Assembly (NCBI GenBank): GCA_000091165.1
Contig: FP565575.1
Location: 2,100,001 to 2,132,000 of the forward strand
Direction: 5' to 3'
Source of the DNA: Candidatus Methylomirabilis oxygeniifera
GTDB taxonomy: Bacteria > Methylomirabilota > Methylomirabilia > Methylomirabilales > Methylomirabilaceae
DNA: 32,000 nt
Positions 31,086-32,000 of the stretch are shown piece after piece; the stretch's first letter is position 1, and each line of letters opens with the position of its first letter. Below the pieces are notes generated by a model, which was not told where the DNA came from, did no database searches, and worked only from the letters and a program-made list of their open reading frames with translations. The translations under genes were made by a program, and so were the position numbers.

Positions 31086-32000
31086 CCGAACTGATCGTCG
31101 CTACGGCGCCTACACGCATCGACTTTGCCGGTGGGACGCTCGATATCCCACCGCTTCACCTCTTCCACCAACCGGCGATCACCGTGAATGTCGCGATCGA
31201 TCTTGTCGCCCAGGTGACTATGACGAGGCGGCCGGGACGCGCAATCAGACTGACGGCAGCCGATCAACGGCGGCAACTGACCTGGTCATCGCGCGACAAG
31301 ATCGCCTGGACGCGCCAGCCGTTTCTGGAGATGCTGGCCAGGCTGGTCCGGTCACTCGCACCCGATACCGGTCTGGAAATCCGAACCGACTGCCAGGCGC
31401 CGGCCGGCGCGGGGACCGGCGGCTCTTCGGCGCTGGCGGTCGCAACGGCAGCGGCCCTGTCGGCGGCCGCAGGCCGGCCGCTCAACCGTAACACGCTGAT
31501 TGAGCACGCAAAGGCGATCGAGACCCAGGCCATTCGTGTCCCCACTGGCTATCAGGATTACTACGCCGCCGCCTATGGCGGCGCCAGCAGCATCGAATTC
31601 GGACTCACCGGTATTCGCCGCACCGCCATCGCAAAGAAGCCGTTTCTGGCGCAGCTTGAGCGGCATCTCCTGCTGCTCTACCTCGGCAAGCCTCGCTTCT
31701 CAGGCGCCAACAACTGGGACCTGTTTAAGCGCCACATAGAAGGAGATCGGAAGACTTTCGCCTTCTTCGATGCCTTACAAGACAACGCCCTCGCGATGCG
31801 GAATGCCTTCCTCCAAGAGGACCTGGCCGGTATTGCTCGTCTCCTGAACCGTGATTGGGAGACCAGGCGACGGGCGCTCCCTACCATGAGCAGCCCCACC
31901 ATCGACAGACTGATTCATTCCATGAAGCGGGCAGGTGCCTTCGGGGCCAGGGTCTGCGGTGCGGGCGGCGGAGGCTGCCTCGCTCTCATTATCCGGCCTC
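31082..32000 (+). CDS. GHMP-family sugar kinase (heptose-7-P kinase/fucokinase-like); 3' end off-window
   Basis: It is absent from the ORF track because no stop is reached. My translation from ATG 31082 is open to base 32000. The product reads MTELIVATAPTRIDFAGGTLDIPP... and has the GHMP motif PAGAGTGGSSALAVA and the C-terminal GARVCGAGGGGCL. Confidence 0.75.
   Translation, partial: MTELIVATAPTRIDFAGGTLDIPPLHLFHQPAITVNVAIDLVAQVTMTRRPGRAIRLTAADQRRQLTWSSRDKIAWTRQPFLEMLARLVRSLAPDTGLEIRTDCQAPAGAGTGGSSALAVATAAALSAAAGRPLNRNTLIEHAKAIETQAIRVPTGYQDYYAAAYGGASSIEFGLTGIRRTAIAKKPFLAQLERHLLLLYLGKPRFSGANNWDLFKRHIEGDRKTFAFFDALQDNALAMRNAFLQEDLAGIARLLNRDWETRRRALPTMSSPTIDRLIHSMKRAGAFGARVCGAGGGGCLALIIRP

Noticed and set aside
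31066-31491. 141-aa ORF (MRCRFHDRTDRR...)
   Set aside because: It is an Arg-rich alternative frame of the GHMP kinase gene. The kinase frame from ATG 31082 carries the family motifs and stays open to the window end.
1-32000. Mobile elements, prophage, toxin-antitoxin or defence islands, tRNA/rRNA genes
   Set aside because: No transposase, integrase or phage-like ORFs, long terminal inverted repeats or tRNA-like cloverleaf sequences were recognised. The gene content is core metabolism and housekeeping. The absence of small structured RNAs cannot be proven by eye.

Overview
A 32-kb chromosomal segment, by eye about 55-60% GC, from a copper-monooxygenase methanotroph. The divergent pmoCAB, an HAO-like octahaem cytochrome and the housekeeping context suggest an NC10 'Candidatus Methylomirabilis'-like organism; this is inference, no search was possible. 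Left to right: porin fragment, GYD-domain gene and ftsH (+). Then a minus-strand block: PmoD-like gene, 27-aa micro-ORF, pmoB, pmoA, pmoC, a 480-bp leader/promoter region, a ferredoxin-PAS-sigma54 enhancer-binding protein and a DEAD-box helicase. Next a lipoprotein (+) and groES-groEL (-) with an exact CIRCE operator. Next a sugar-nucleotide pair (NTP-transferase/PGM-like fusion plus PGM/PMM), ftsB and a 42-aa micro-ORF, then the conserved dxr-rseP-ispG-proS cluster (+). Next a second PmoD-like paralogue and aspA (-), an orphan hao-like octahaem gene (+) and a stand-alone LigD phosphoesterase-domain gene (-). The window ends with HAD phosphatase and a GHMP kinase, which runs off the end. No rRNA, tRNA, CRISPR array, transposase or integrase was recognised. 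The most interesting content is the extended pMMO locus. It combines an exact sigma-54 promoter (plus a sigma-70-like one) upstream of pmoC and an adjacent redox-type (2Fe-2S) sigma-54 activator that is a strong GC outlier. It also has an unannotated single-TM micro-ORF with a strong Shine-Dalgarno 19 nt after pmoB. A two-member family of secreted, C-terminally anchored His-rich proteins starts with a mature N-terminal His like PmoB and carries C-x7-[L/T]-x-H, resembling the PmoD copper motif. Two families of small dispersed intergenic repeats are also present: tandem CAGC-core heptamers and a double-hairpin element. All start codons were chosen by eye from SD spacing, and all product calls rest on recognisable motifs, not searches.
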